64,000 nucleotides of DNA from a bacterium (lineage in GTDB: Bacteria; Hydrothermota; Tepidihabitantia; SM23-42), in the NCBI GenBank assembly GCA_049647125.1, contig JBARXC010000151.1, positions 107,956 through 171,955 on the forward strand, given 5' to 3'. Position 1 is the first letter of the stretch; the number at the start of each line of letters is the position of its first letter. The notes below the pieces were generated by a model, which saw only the letters and a program-made list of their open reading frames with translations, had not been told where the DNA came from and did no database searches. Shown here piece after piece: positions 46,252 to 54,818 of the stretch. The translations under genes and the position numbers were made by a program.

Positions 46252-47565
46252 ATGCGACGGGTGATTATCATGGGAGCAGCAGGAAGGGATTTTCATAATT
46301 TCAATGTGTTTTTCAGAAAAAACAAGGATTTTAAAGTGGTCTGCTTTACCGCCACCCAAATACCCAATATCGCGGGGCGTAACTATCCTAAAGAACTTGC
46401 CGGAAAAAAGTATCCGCGTGGCATACCTATTTTTCCAGAAAGTAAATTAACCGATTTAATCAAGAAATTTAAAGCCGATATTGTGGTCTTTTCTTACTCG
46501 GACGTTTCTCACAATTATGTAATGCACAAGGCGTCCGAAGTAATTGCCGCAGGGGCTGACTTTTGGTTATTGGGTCTAAACTCGTCCGTACTAAAATCCC
46601 GGAAAAAGATTGTTACGATTTGTGCTTCGAGAACCGGTGCCGGCAAAAGTCAAACGACAAGGTTAATATGCGATATCCTGCACGCGGAGGGTGTAAGGTT
46701 CTCAGCAATCCGGCATCCAATGCCGTACGGCGACCTAAAAAAACAGGCAGTACAGATGTTTTCTAAGATGGCTGATTTGGATCGCCACAAGTGCACAATC
46801 GAAGAACGTGAAGAATATGAACCGCACGTCCGAAGAGGTAATACTATTTTTGCGGGCGTTGATTATGAACTGATATTGAAACAAGCCGAGAAGATTTCTG
46901 ATGTTATTGTTTGGGATGGCGGCAACAATGACCTGCCCTTTTACAAATCTGACTTGCATATCGTTGTCGTTGATCCATTTCGTGTTGGTGACGAAACCGT
47001 ATATCATCCAGGAGAAGCGAATGTCAGGTTTGCTGATATTGTAATAATAAATAAGGTCGATACTGCTTCACGCAAGGATGTCAAGCTGCTCAAGGAAAAT
47101 ATAAGAAAATTGAACAGGCGGGCTGTTATCCTCGAAGCTACATCCCCTTGCATCGTTGATAAACCTGAACTGATCCGCAACCGCAAAGTAGTCGTTGTTG
47201 AGGACGGTCCAACACTCACGCACGGTGGCATGTCCTTTGGTATTGGTATTGTTGCCGCCAAGAAATTTCGGGCCAAGAAGATTGTCGATCCAAGACCGTA
47301 TGTTATCGGGTCGATACAAAAAGCATATGTAAAATATCCACAGATCAGTATGCTTATACCAGCCCTGGGCTATGGTCAGAAGCAGATAAGAGAACTCGAG
47401 AAAAGCATTAATAGTGTACCGGCTGATTCAATAGTAATGGCAACGCCGGTCGACCTGCGCAAATTGATGACATTGAACAAACCCACGGCAAAAGTGAATT
47501 ATGAGCTTAAAATAAAATCAGTTGATAAACTCAAACTGCTTTTAAAGAAGCATCTTAGAATTTGA
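46252..47565 (+). CDS. COG2403-type P-loop protein (cyclic 2,3-diphosphoglycerate synthetase-like GTPase)
   Basis: MRRVIIMGAAGRDFHNFN N-terminus and P-loop SRTGAGKSQTT. Family assignment is from memory. Confidence 0.55.
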   Translation: MRRVIIMGAAGRDFHNFNVFFRKNKDFKVVCFTATQIPNIAGRNYPKELAGKKYPRGIPIFPESKLTDLIKKFKADIVVFSYSDVSHNYVMHKASEVIAAGADFWLLGLNSSVLKSRKKIVTICASRTGAGKSQTTRLICDILHAEGVRFSAIRHPMPYGDLKKQAVQMFSKMADLDRHKCTIEEREEYEPHVRRGNTIFAGVDYELILKQAEKISDVIVWDGGNNDLPFYKSDLHIVVVDPFRVGDETVYHPGEANVRFADIVIINKVDTASRKDVKLLKENIRKLNRRAVILEATSPCIVDKPELIRNRKVVVVEDGPTLTHGGMSFGIGIVAAKKFRAKKIVDPRPYVIGSIQKAYVKYPQISMLIPALGYGQKQIRELEKSINSVPADSIVMATPVDLRKLMTLNKPTAKVNYELKIKSVDKLKLLLKKHLRI

Positions 47566-47644
47566 GCAGATGGTTGCGGATGCATACAGATGAAAATGCA
47601 AATCCGTCTGAATCAATTGTGTCAACAATGAAAGGAGTAATAAA

Positions 47645-50284
47645 ATGTCCAAGAGATTAGTCTATAATTTTGGTGGCAAAAAAGCACAGGGCTCGGCAAA
47701 AATGAAAAACGTACTCGGTGGAAAAGGCGCAAACCTTGCGGAGATGACAAACCTTGGCGTACCGATACCGCCTGGTTTCACAATTTCATCAGAATTATGC
47801 ATCGACTACCTCAAGAGGAAAAAGTATCCAAAGATTTTGAAGCAGGATGTCGAAAAAGGCATAGCAAGGGTAGAAAAACTTACCGGCAAGAGGTTTGGTG
47901 ATAAGAAAAATCCCCTTCTCTTTTCAGTACGTTCTGGTGCCCGTACTTCAATGCCGGGGATGATGGATACAATACTCAACCTTGGATTGAATGACTCGAC
48001 AATAAATGGATTAATCGAGAAAACTGGTGATCATCGATTCGCTTATGATTGCTATCGCCGTTTTATTCAAATGTACTCAGATATTGTCCTCCAGATCCCT
48101 CGAGAGAAATTCGAAGCACTCATTGATAAAATGAAAAAACGAAAGCGAGCCAAGACTGACCTCGATCTTAGTGGTGATGATTGGAAAGAGATTGTCAAAC
48201 AATTCAAAAAGCTAGCCATGACAGAGACGAAAAAAGCGTTTCCAGGTGACCCCCGGGAACAACTGTGGGGAGCGATCGGCGCAGTCTTCAATTCCTGGAA
48301 CAACCCACGGGCAAAAGAATACCGCAGGATATACAAAATACCCGATGATTGGGGGACTGCAATAAATGTACAGTCAATGGTTTTTGGCAATATGGGAACC
48401 AACTCTGCAACCGGTGTCGTGTTCACGCGCAATCCAGCAACCGGTGAAAACAAAGTCTATGGCGAGTTTCTCCAGAATGCCCAGGGTGAGGATGTGGTAG
48501 CCGGCATTAGAACCCCCAGAAAGATGATTGAACTAAAAAAGCTACAACCTGCTGCTTACAATAAACTCATTAGTATACTCAAAAAACTAGAAAAACACTA
48601 CCGTGACCTTCAGGACGTTGAATTCACAGTCGAGCAAGAAAAACTATGGATACTCCAAACACGAGCTGGCAAGAGAACCGCCCTTGCCAATATTAAGATT
48701 GCGGTTGACCTGGTGACCCAGAAACTGATAAAAAAAGAAGAGGCTGTGCTGCGCATAACACCAACTGAATTAGATCAGGTCCTTCACCCTATGATAGACC
48801 CAACAATTAAATATAAAACCATTGCTAAAGGCTTACCTGCATCACCCGGTGCTGCGGTTGGTCAAGTTGTCTTCTCATCAGAAGAGGCTGTCCGGCTTGC
48901 CAAAGACGGCAAGGCGGTTATCCTGGTGAGGCTCGAAACATCTGCTGATGATATACACGGTATGGAAGCAGCAAAAGGTTTTCTCACGGCACGCGGTGGC
49001 ATGACCTCACACGCCGCAGTTGTTGCGCGTGGCATGGGCAAACCGTGTATTGTCGGCTGTGGTGAAATAAATATCAATATGACCGCCCAGACATTCACCG
49101 CAGGTAGTATAATGGTAAGAAAAGGTGACATAATCAGCGTTGATGGAACCGAAGGAAAAGTCATCTTAGGTGAGGCAAAACTAATCGAACCAGAAATGAC
49201 AAAAGACGTGATTCAATTACTGAAATGGGCTGATTCCTTTAGAAAATTAGGTGTAAGAACAAATGCGGATCGCCCTGGAGATTCCAAAATTGCGCGCGAT
49301 TATGGCGCCGAAGGCATAGGACTCTGCCGTACTGAACACATGTTTTTCAGACCTGAACGTGTTGCAGCGATGCGCGAGATGATTATTGCCCGGGATGAGG
49401 TAGGAAGAAGAAAAGCAGTAGCAAAACTACTGCCCATGCAACGTGAGGATTTCATCGCTATTTTCAAAGTCATGGATGGTTTGCCAGTAATCATTAGAAC
49501 CCTTGACCCACCTTTACATGAATTTCTTCCTAAAGACGATAAATCAATCAGAAAACTCGCCGATGATTTGAACGTACCATTTGATAACCTCAAGTCAATA
49601 GTTATCTCTTTGCACGAATCTAACCCTATGCTTGGACATCGCGGATGTCGACTCGGGGTTACCTACCCGGAAATAACCGAAATGCAAGCACAAGCAATTT
49701 TTGAGGCAGCGTGCGAAGTCGCTAAGAAGGGCGTAAAGGTGATACCTGAGGTCATGATCCCGGTGGTCATGGAAGCTGGTGAGCTCGCCAATCAGAGAGC
49801 GATCGTTAATAAAATAGCCAAGCAGACCATGAAGAAATATGGTGTGAAACTGAAGTACATGATCGGCACGATGATTGAAATCCCGCGCGCCGCACTGACT
49901 GCAGACAAAGTTGCCGAATTCGCTGACTTCTTTTCATATGGCACAAATGATATGACACAGACAACCCTTGGCTTTTCCCGTGACGATGTTGCAAAGTTCG
50001 TTCCCAAATACATTGAGATGGGACTTCTGAAAGATGACCCGTTCAAGACAATTGATATTGACGGCGTTGGGAAAATCCTTGAAATGGGAATTAAACTCGG
50101 CAGGAAAACCAAACCCAAACTTGAGATAGGTATTTGCGGTGAGCACGGTGGAGACCCCAAGTCAATCCATTTCTGCCATAAGATCGGCATGGATTATGTA
50201 TCTTGTTCGCCTTACCGGGTGCCTATTGCACGTTTGTCTGCAGCCCATGCTGCATTAGAGGAGAAGTTCAAGAAAAAGAAATAA
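47645..50284 (+). CDS. ppdK: pyruvate, phosphate dikinase
   Basis: GGKGANLAEM and phospho-His loop GGMTSHAAVVARGMGKPC. 879 aa. Confidence 0.95.
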   Translation: MSKRLVYNFGGKKAQGSAKMKNVLGGKGANLAEMTNLGVPIPPGFTISSELCIDYLKRKKYPKILKQDVEKGIARVEKLTGKRFGDKKNPLLFSVRSGARTSMPGMMDTILNLGLNDSTINGLIEKTGDHRFAYDCYRRFIQMYSDIVLQIPREKFEALIDKMKKRKRAKTDLDLSGDDWKEIVKQFKKLAMTETKKAFPGDPREQLWGAIGAVFNSWNNPRAKEYRRIYKIPDDWGTAINVQSMVFGNMGTNSATGVVFTRNPATGENKVYGEFLQNAQGEDVVAGIRTPRKMIELKKLQPAAYNKLISILKKLEKHYRDLQDVEFTVEQEKLWILQTRAGKRTALANIKIAVDLVTQKLIKKEEAVLRITPTELDQVLHPMIDPTIKYKTIAKGLPASPGAAVGQVVFSSEEAVRLAKDGKAVILVRLETSADDIHGMEAAKGFLTARGGMTSHAAVVARGMGKPCIVGCGEININMTAQTFTAGSIMVRKGDIISVDGTEGKVILGEAKLIEPEMTKDVIQLLKWADSFRKLGVRTNADRPGDSKIARDYGAEGIGLCRTEHMFFRPERVAAMREMIIARDEVGRRKAVAKLLPMQREDFIAIFKVMDGLPVIIRTLDPPLHEFLPKDDKSIRKLADDLNVPFDNLKSIVISLHESNPMLGHRGCRLGVTYPEITEMQAQAIFEAACEVAKKGVKVIPEVMIPVVMEAGELANQRAIVNKIAKQTMKKYGVKLKYMIGTMIEIPRAALTADKVAEFADFFSYGTNDMTQTTLGFSRDDVAKFVPKYIEMGLLKDDPFKTIDIDGVGKILEMGIKLGRKTKPKLEIGICGEHGGDPKSIHFCHKIGMDYVSCSPYRVPIARLSAAHAALEEKFKKKK

Positions 50285-50300
50285 TCGCCGATCTTTTAAC

Positions 50301-50447
50301 CTGAATCCTCCCCACTGCTATAAAATATGCCGAAATTTCGCAGATTTTGTAGTGGCAGACCTTGGTCTGCTCAAACTGATAATCGTCGAGCAAGCTCGAC
50401 CACTACATTGTGCACCATGCAATCTGAATAAATTGGAAAGGATTCAG
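50301..50447. repeat. 147-nt nested inverted-repeat intergenic element
   Basis: Outer IR ctgaatcc/ggattcag (50301-08/50440-47). Middle IR tgtagtgg/ccactaca (50348-55/50400-07). Inner palindrome GCAGACCTTGGTCTGC (50355-70). Hairpin gtcgag-caag-ctcgac (50385-400). Confidence 0.6.
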
Positions 50448-50459
50448 CGAGAACACACC

Positions 50460-50487
50460 TTGACATCTAACTCGTTTCTCCTATAAT
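50460..50487 (+). promoter_or_regulatory. consensus sigma70 promoter of the C25-like gene
   Basis: TTGACA-16 nt-TATAAT, then atctatAGAGGAaaagaATG. Confidence 0.55.
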
Positions 50488-50504
50488 ATCTATAGAGGAA
50501 AAGA

Positions 50505-53500
50505 ATGCGGAATTTCCTATTAGGGTTTGTCATACTATCAACAGTATTGCCTGGTGAAATTATTGGCTTTAACAACAATTGGCATACGTATCATGGTTTT
50601 AGAATAATTTCTGAAACACCTTCAAGTATGGAAATTGTCTTTTCTCTAAAAGAAATGACAATCGACAATATCAAAATTAATGACATTTCAATGCAAAGGA
50701 TATCCATCCCTGGTATTTTCTTACCCAATAATGAAGGTGCACCAAACCTGCCTGGCATGGGACGGTACATTGCAATCCCACAAGGTGCACAGGCAAGAGT
50801 AACGATTATTTCCAAACAAACTGAAGTATATCACAATATAGATATTGCACCGGCACCAAATATTCCATTAGAAACCGATACTTCTCCCCTGCGGTATAAA
50901 AAAGATATGGCTATTTATGGTCGTAATGCATATTACCCAGACAACGCAGTAATATTCTCTAAACCTATGAAGATACGTGGGGTCGATGTTGTGATAATAG
51001 GAATAACACCATTTCAGTATAATCCTATTACAAAACAGTTAATTGTCTATAAAGACCTGCGTGTGCGCGTAGATTTTATCGGCGGTAATGGTCACTTTGG
51101 CGAAGACCGGTTACGCAGTCTATACTGGGAACCGATTTTGCAAGGGCACCTCCTCAACTACAAATCCTTACCCGCGATTGACTTTTGCAGCCTTCGTCAA
51201 CAGCGCGATGGGTATGAATACATCATAATCGTACCAGATGATTCAGTATTTGAGGCATGGGCAGATACAATAAAACACTGGCGCAAACTCCAGGGTATTT
51301 CAACCGAAGTATTCACCCTATCCCAAGTCGGCGGCAATACGGTCGAGGCAATTGAATCATTTATTGATAGTGCCTATAATAATTGGTCAACACCGCCAGT
51401 GGCAGTGCTGCTGCTCTCTGATTATGAAACATCAGGAGATTCGTACGGCATAACCACAAATATATTATATGACCCGCTCAGCAATGCATATGCTTCAGAC
51501 AATTGGTATGCTGATATTGATGGTGACAGTCTGCCAGATATCAATATTGCCAGGATACCGGCGCAAACTGCAACGAATTTAGATATCATGATAAACAAGT
51601 TTTTGAGTTATGAACGTTCACCCTACACTGATCCGGGGTTTTATGAACATCCCCTTACTGCATGCAGTTATTACCTACCTCGCTGGACGCAATTGTGCGC
51701 TGAGATTCTACGCGGTTTCCTTATTAACGAACTCACCAAAGACCCAGCAAGACAATATGGTGTGTTTGCTGGTATGGGATCAACAGTATGGTCAACTGCC
51801 CCTAACACTGAATTATTGGTTGCTTATTTCGGTGAATCAGGACTTGGCTATATACCTGATTCAAATTATCATGATTACGGGTGGTGGACTAATGGCTCAG
51901 CTGTGGGAATAAACAACGCGATCAACACCGGCGCATTTATTGTACAGTTCCGCGGTTATGGTCAAGAAATAGGTTGGGGAATACCTGAATATACGATAAA
52001 TGATCTGGGTGACCTGAACAATGATAAATATCCCTTTGCGATATCAATCAGCAGTTCAAATGGCAAATACATATGGTCCACGCCTTGTTTTATAGAAGTT
52101 CTCTACAGAATGCAACATGGTATACTGGGTGCAATAGCCTCTTCAGGTCTTAATTGGGCATATGTAGCTGAAGTTTACAATCTGGGGGTATTCGACTGTC
52201 TCTGGTCTGAATTTGACCCTTATTATCCAGTCTTTAACATGGTGGGTAATGAGAATCTACGACCAGGTTTCGCTAATGTGTCAGCAAAATATTACCTAGC
52301 GTCACATGCATGGACATCAAACCCTGAAAATAAAACAATAATCTACGGTCTTTACCACATGTACGGTGATGCCTTTACCACGCTCTATTCTGAAATGCCG
52401 CAGAATCTAACTGTTGCACATCCGCCAGCAATAATCGCTGGTGCCACATCATTCACAGTACAAGCTAATGATAGTTCTATAATCGCGCTAACTTTTGAAG
52501 GTGAAATCATTGGTGTTGCCGAAGGTACAGGCACACCGATCAATATACCAATCATACCAATAACCACACCTGGTTTTATGGAGGTTACAATAACTAAAGC
52601 AAATTATTATCGCTATGAAGCAGATGTACCGGTCATATTCGCTGGACCCTGGATAGCCATGGGGACAACGATTATTGATGATTCATTAGGTGGTAATAGC
52701 GATGGTATTGTGAATCCTGGTGAAACAATTGATTATGGTGTATGGATAAAAAATGTCGGACTCGAAACAGCTTATTCACTTTATGGATTACTCTTTGAAT
52801 CTGATCCTTATGTGTCATTAACAATCGATTCAAGTTGGTACGGTGATATCCCTGTGGATGATTCTTCATTATCAAATCCTTTTTACAATTTCGATATTGC
52901 TGATAATTGTCCGGCTGGACATGTAATAGATCTAATGCTTGCAGTTCATGATATAAACGATAGTATTTATTGCTTTTATCCTTCAATCACTGTATATACA
53001 CCACATTTGACATACCAAGACTATACCGTCGTTGATACAGCAACGAATAATAACGGTGTTCTTGACCCTGGAGAAACTGCTGACTTGTTTATCACGATCA
53101 AAAACCAAGGCAATTGCACCGCTGAAAGTGTCACTGCCTGGATTTCATGTTCATCGCCATATATTGTAATTAACGATGGTGGAGGTTATTTTGGCTCGAT
53201 TGAACATGATAGCATTGCTGACAACGCTGCTGATCCATTCAATTTAACAGCAAGTGGCTCAACACCTATTGGGACAGAAGCATATATAGAAGGTATACTT
53301 TATGCTGGTTCTTTCATAGACACATTGAATTTCACAATTCAAATAGGTAAAAAGCACTATTATATTTGGAACCCAGATCCAACACCAGATCCAGGAGCGA
53401 ATATGCACTCCATTCTAACAAATATTGGCTATATTGGCGAATACGGTACATCACTTGTGTCAGATCTTAAACACTATATAGCTCTATTTGTCTGTTGTGG

Positions 53501-54275
53501 TATATATCCAAATAACTACATAATTGACAGCACGAGTGCAGAAGCTGGGCTTATTGTTGACTACCTAGAGAATAAAAGAGGTTGCGTGTACTTGGAAGGT
53601 GCCGGAGTCTGGTACTCAGATCCGCAGAGTAGTGGCTATGATTTCGGTCCGCTCTTTGGCACTAATGCATATGGTCATATTCCTTTGACCGGCACATTGC
53701 TGGGCATCCCCGGGAGATTTACACAAGGCATGATGTTCACTATTGGCGGCGAGAATGGTTCAGATCTTATTGCGCCAAGAGGAACAGGATTTCTCATTTT
53801 CAAAAACATTTCTGACGACTCAATTGCAGTAGCGAATCATGCTGGAATCTACAAAACCGTTGGCACCTCGTTTGAATTGGGCTTGCTCAATGAGAGCACT
53901 ACGCCTTCGACAAAATATGCTCTTCTCGATTCGATTATGCGTTTCTTTATATATGGATATGGAATAGAGGAGAATACAATAGCAACATCAATCAATACTG
54001 AACTGGCACGCCCTTATCCAAATCCTTTTAATAAGGTAATACAGATCAGATACCAAATAGCAGATGTGGCGAATACGGAAAACATTTCCCTACGTATTTA
54101 CGATGCCACAGGTCGTTTGACTAAACAATTTAACGATTTAACCATTGGATCATTCAACCAGGTCATCTGGGATGCAAAAGATGACTTAGGACGTAAAGTT
54201 CCTGCTGGTATCTATTTTGTACAATTCCAGGTTGGAGATTATAAAAAAACCGAGAAAGCTATTTTATTGAAATAA
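50505..54275 (+). CDS. gingipain-family (peptidase C25-like) protein with propeptide-like N-domain and T9SS C-terminal sorting domain
   Basis: The segment FRGYGQEIGWG...KYPFAISISSSNGKY...TPCFIEVLYRMQ...YGDAFTTL aligns with recollected RgpB YTGHGSETAWG...QLPFIFDVACVNGDF...MPCFAEALMRAQ...FGDPSLL. CTD is YPNPFNKVIQIRY...LRIYDATGRL...AGIYFVQ. Confidence 0.7.
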   Translation: MRNFLLGFVILSTVLPGEIIGFNNNWHTYHGFRIISETPSSMEIVFSLKEMTIDNIKINDISMQRISIPGIFLPNNEGAPNLPGMGRYIAIPQGAQARVTIISKQTEVYHNIDIAPAPNIPLETDTSPLRYKKDMAIYGRNAYYPDNAVIFSKPMKIRGVDVVIIGITPFQYNPITKQLIVYKDLRVRVDFIGGNGHFGEDRLRSLYWEPILQGHLLNYKSLPAIDFCSLRQQRDGYEYIIIVPDDSVFEAWADTIKHWRKLQGISTEVFTLSQVGGNTVEAIESFIDSAYNNWSTPPVAVLLLSDYETSGDSYGITTNILYDPLSNAYASDNWYADIDGDSLPDINIARIPAQTATNLDIMINKFLSYERSPYTDPGFYEHPLTACSYYLPRWTQLCAEILRGFLINELTKDPARQYGVFAGMGSTVWSTAPNTELLVAYFGESGLGYIPDSNYHDYGWWTNGSAVGINNAINTGAFIVQFRGYGQEIGWGIPEYTINDLGDLNNDKYPFAISISSSNGKYIWSTPCFIEVLYRMQHGILGAIASSGLNWAYVAEVYNLGVFDCLWSEFDPYYPVFNMVGNENLRPGFANVSAKYYLASHAWTSNPENKTIIYGLYHMYGDAFTTLYSEMPQNLTVAHPPAIIAGATSFTVQANDSSIIALTFEGEIIGVAEGTGTPINIPIIPITTPGFMEVTITKANYYRYEADVPVIFAGPWIAMGTTIIDDSLGGNSDGIVNPGETIDYGVWIKNVGLETAYSLYGLLFESDPYVSLTIDSSWYGDIPVDDSSLSNPFYNFDIADNCPAGHVIDLMLAVHDINDSIYCFYPSITVYTPHLTYQDYTVVDTATNNNGVLDPGETADLFITIKNQGNCTAESVTAWISCSSPYIVINDGGGYFGSIEHDSIADNAADPFNLTASGSTPIGTEAYIEGILYAGSFIDTLNFTIQIGKKHYYIWNPDPTPDPGANMHSILTNIGYIGEYGTSLVSDLKHYIALFVCCGIYPNNYIIDSTSAEAGLIVDYLENKRGCVYLEGAGVWYSDPQSSGYDFGPLFGTNAYGHIPLTGTLLGIPGRFTQGMMFTIGGENGSDLIAPRGTGFLIFKNISDDSIAVANHAGIYKTVGTSFELGLLNESTTPSTKYALLDSIMRFFIYGYGIEENTIATSINTELARPYPNPFNKVIQIRYQIADVANTENISLRIYDATGRLTKQFNDLTIGSFNQVIWDAKDDLGRKVPAGIYFVQFQVGDYKKTEKAILLK

Positions 54276-54337
54276 GAATCACAATAATTTTCAGTCTTCT
54301 CCAAATTGATAAACAAAAATATCATTTCTGATTTAAA

Positions 54338-54373
54338 ACTCTTAAAATGCACACATTATTTACATTTTAGAGT
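54338..54373. terminator. AT-rich hairpin between convergent genes (candidate bidirectional terminator)
   Basis: actcttaaaatg ... cattttagagt (11 bp with one bulge), in an A/T-rich context between stops at 54275 (+) and 54405 (-). Confidence 0.3.
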
Positions 54374-54404
54374 GTTATGAAATAAAGGGTAAAAAAATCT
54401 ATAG

Positions 54405-54797
54405 CTACTTCTGTTCAGCGAGCTTTCGTTTTAGTTCTTGAAGCGAGCTGATCGCTTCATCTATCTTATCTTCAACAATGAGCCGGCTAACCCTTGCTTT
54501 GTATTCTGCTTTCATCTTTTCACTTGGTGTATTCCCAAGACTGTCCAAGGTGAATTCGTGCATGCCTTCAGTTCTAAATTCCCGAGTAGGCTTGACGTCT
54601 TCTTCTATGGGCTCCATGCCGATGTCCTCGGGCATAGCGATATTCTCTGCATCAGCAGGGTTTAATTCCCGAACTTCAATGTCATCTGATTTTTCAATCG
54701 TTGCATCCTTAGCTTTGTCTGGCTCTTTCTTCTTGATCAATGAGTCTAAAACCGATTCACTCTTTTTGCCTTTTCTTAGTTTGTCAAGGATACCCAT
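54405..54797 (-). CDS. hypothetical acidic 130-aa protein
   Basis: ORF 21 nt downstream of the coiled-coil/TPR gene. Charged, with no motif recognised. Confidence 0.5.
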   Translation of the reverse strand: MGILDKLRKGKKSESVLDSLIKKKEPDKAKDATIEKSDDIEVRELNPADAENIAMPEDIGMEPIEEDVKPTREFRTEGMHEFTLDSLGNTPSEKMKAEYKARVSRLIVEDKIDEAISSLQELKRKLAEQK

Positions 54798-54818
54798 TTT
54801 TGTTACCTCTTAACGATA

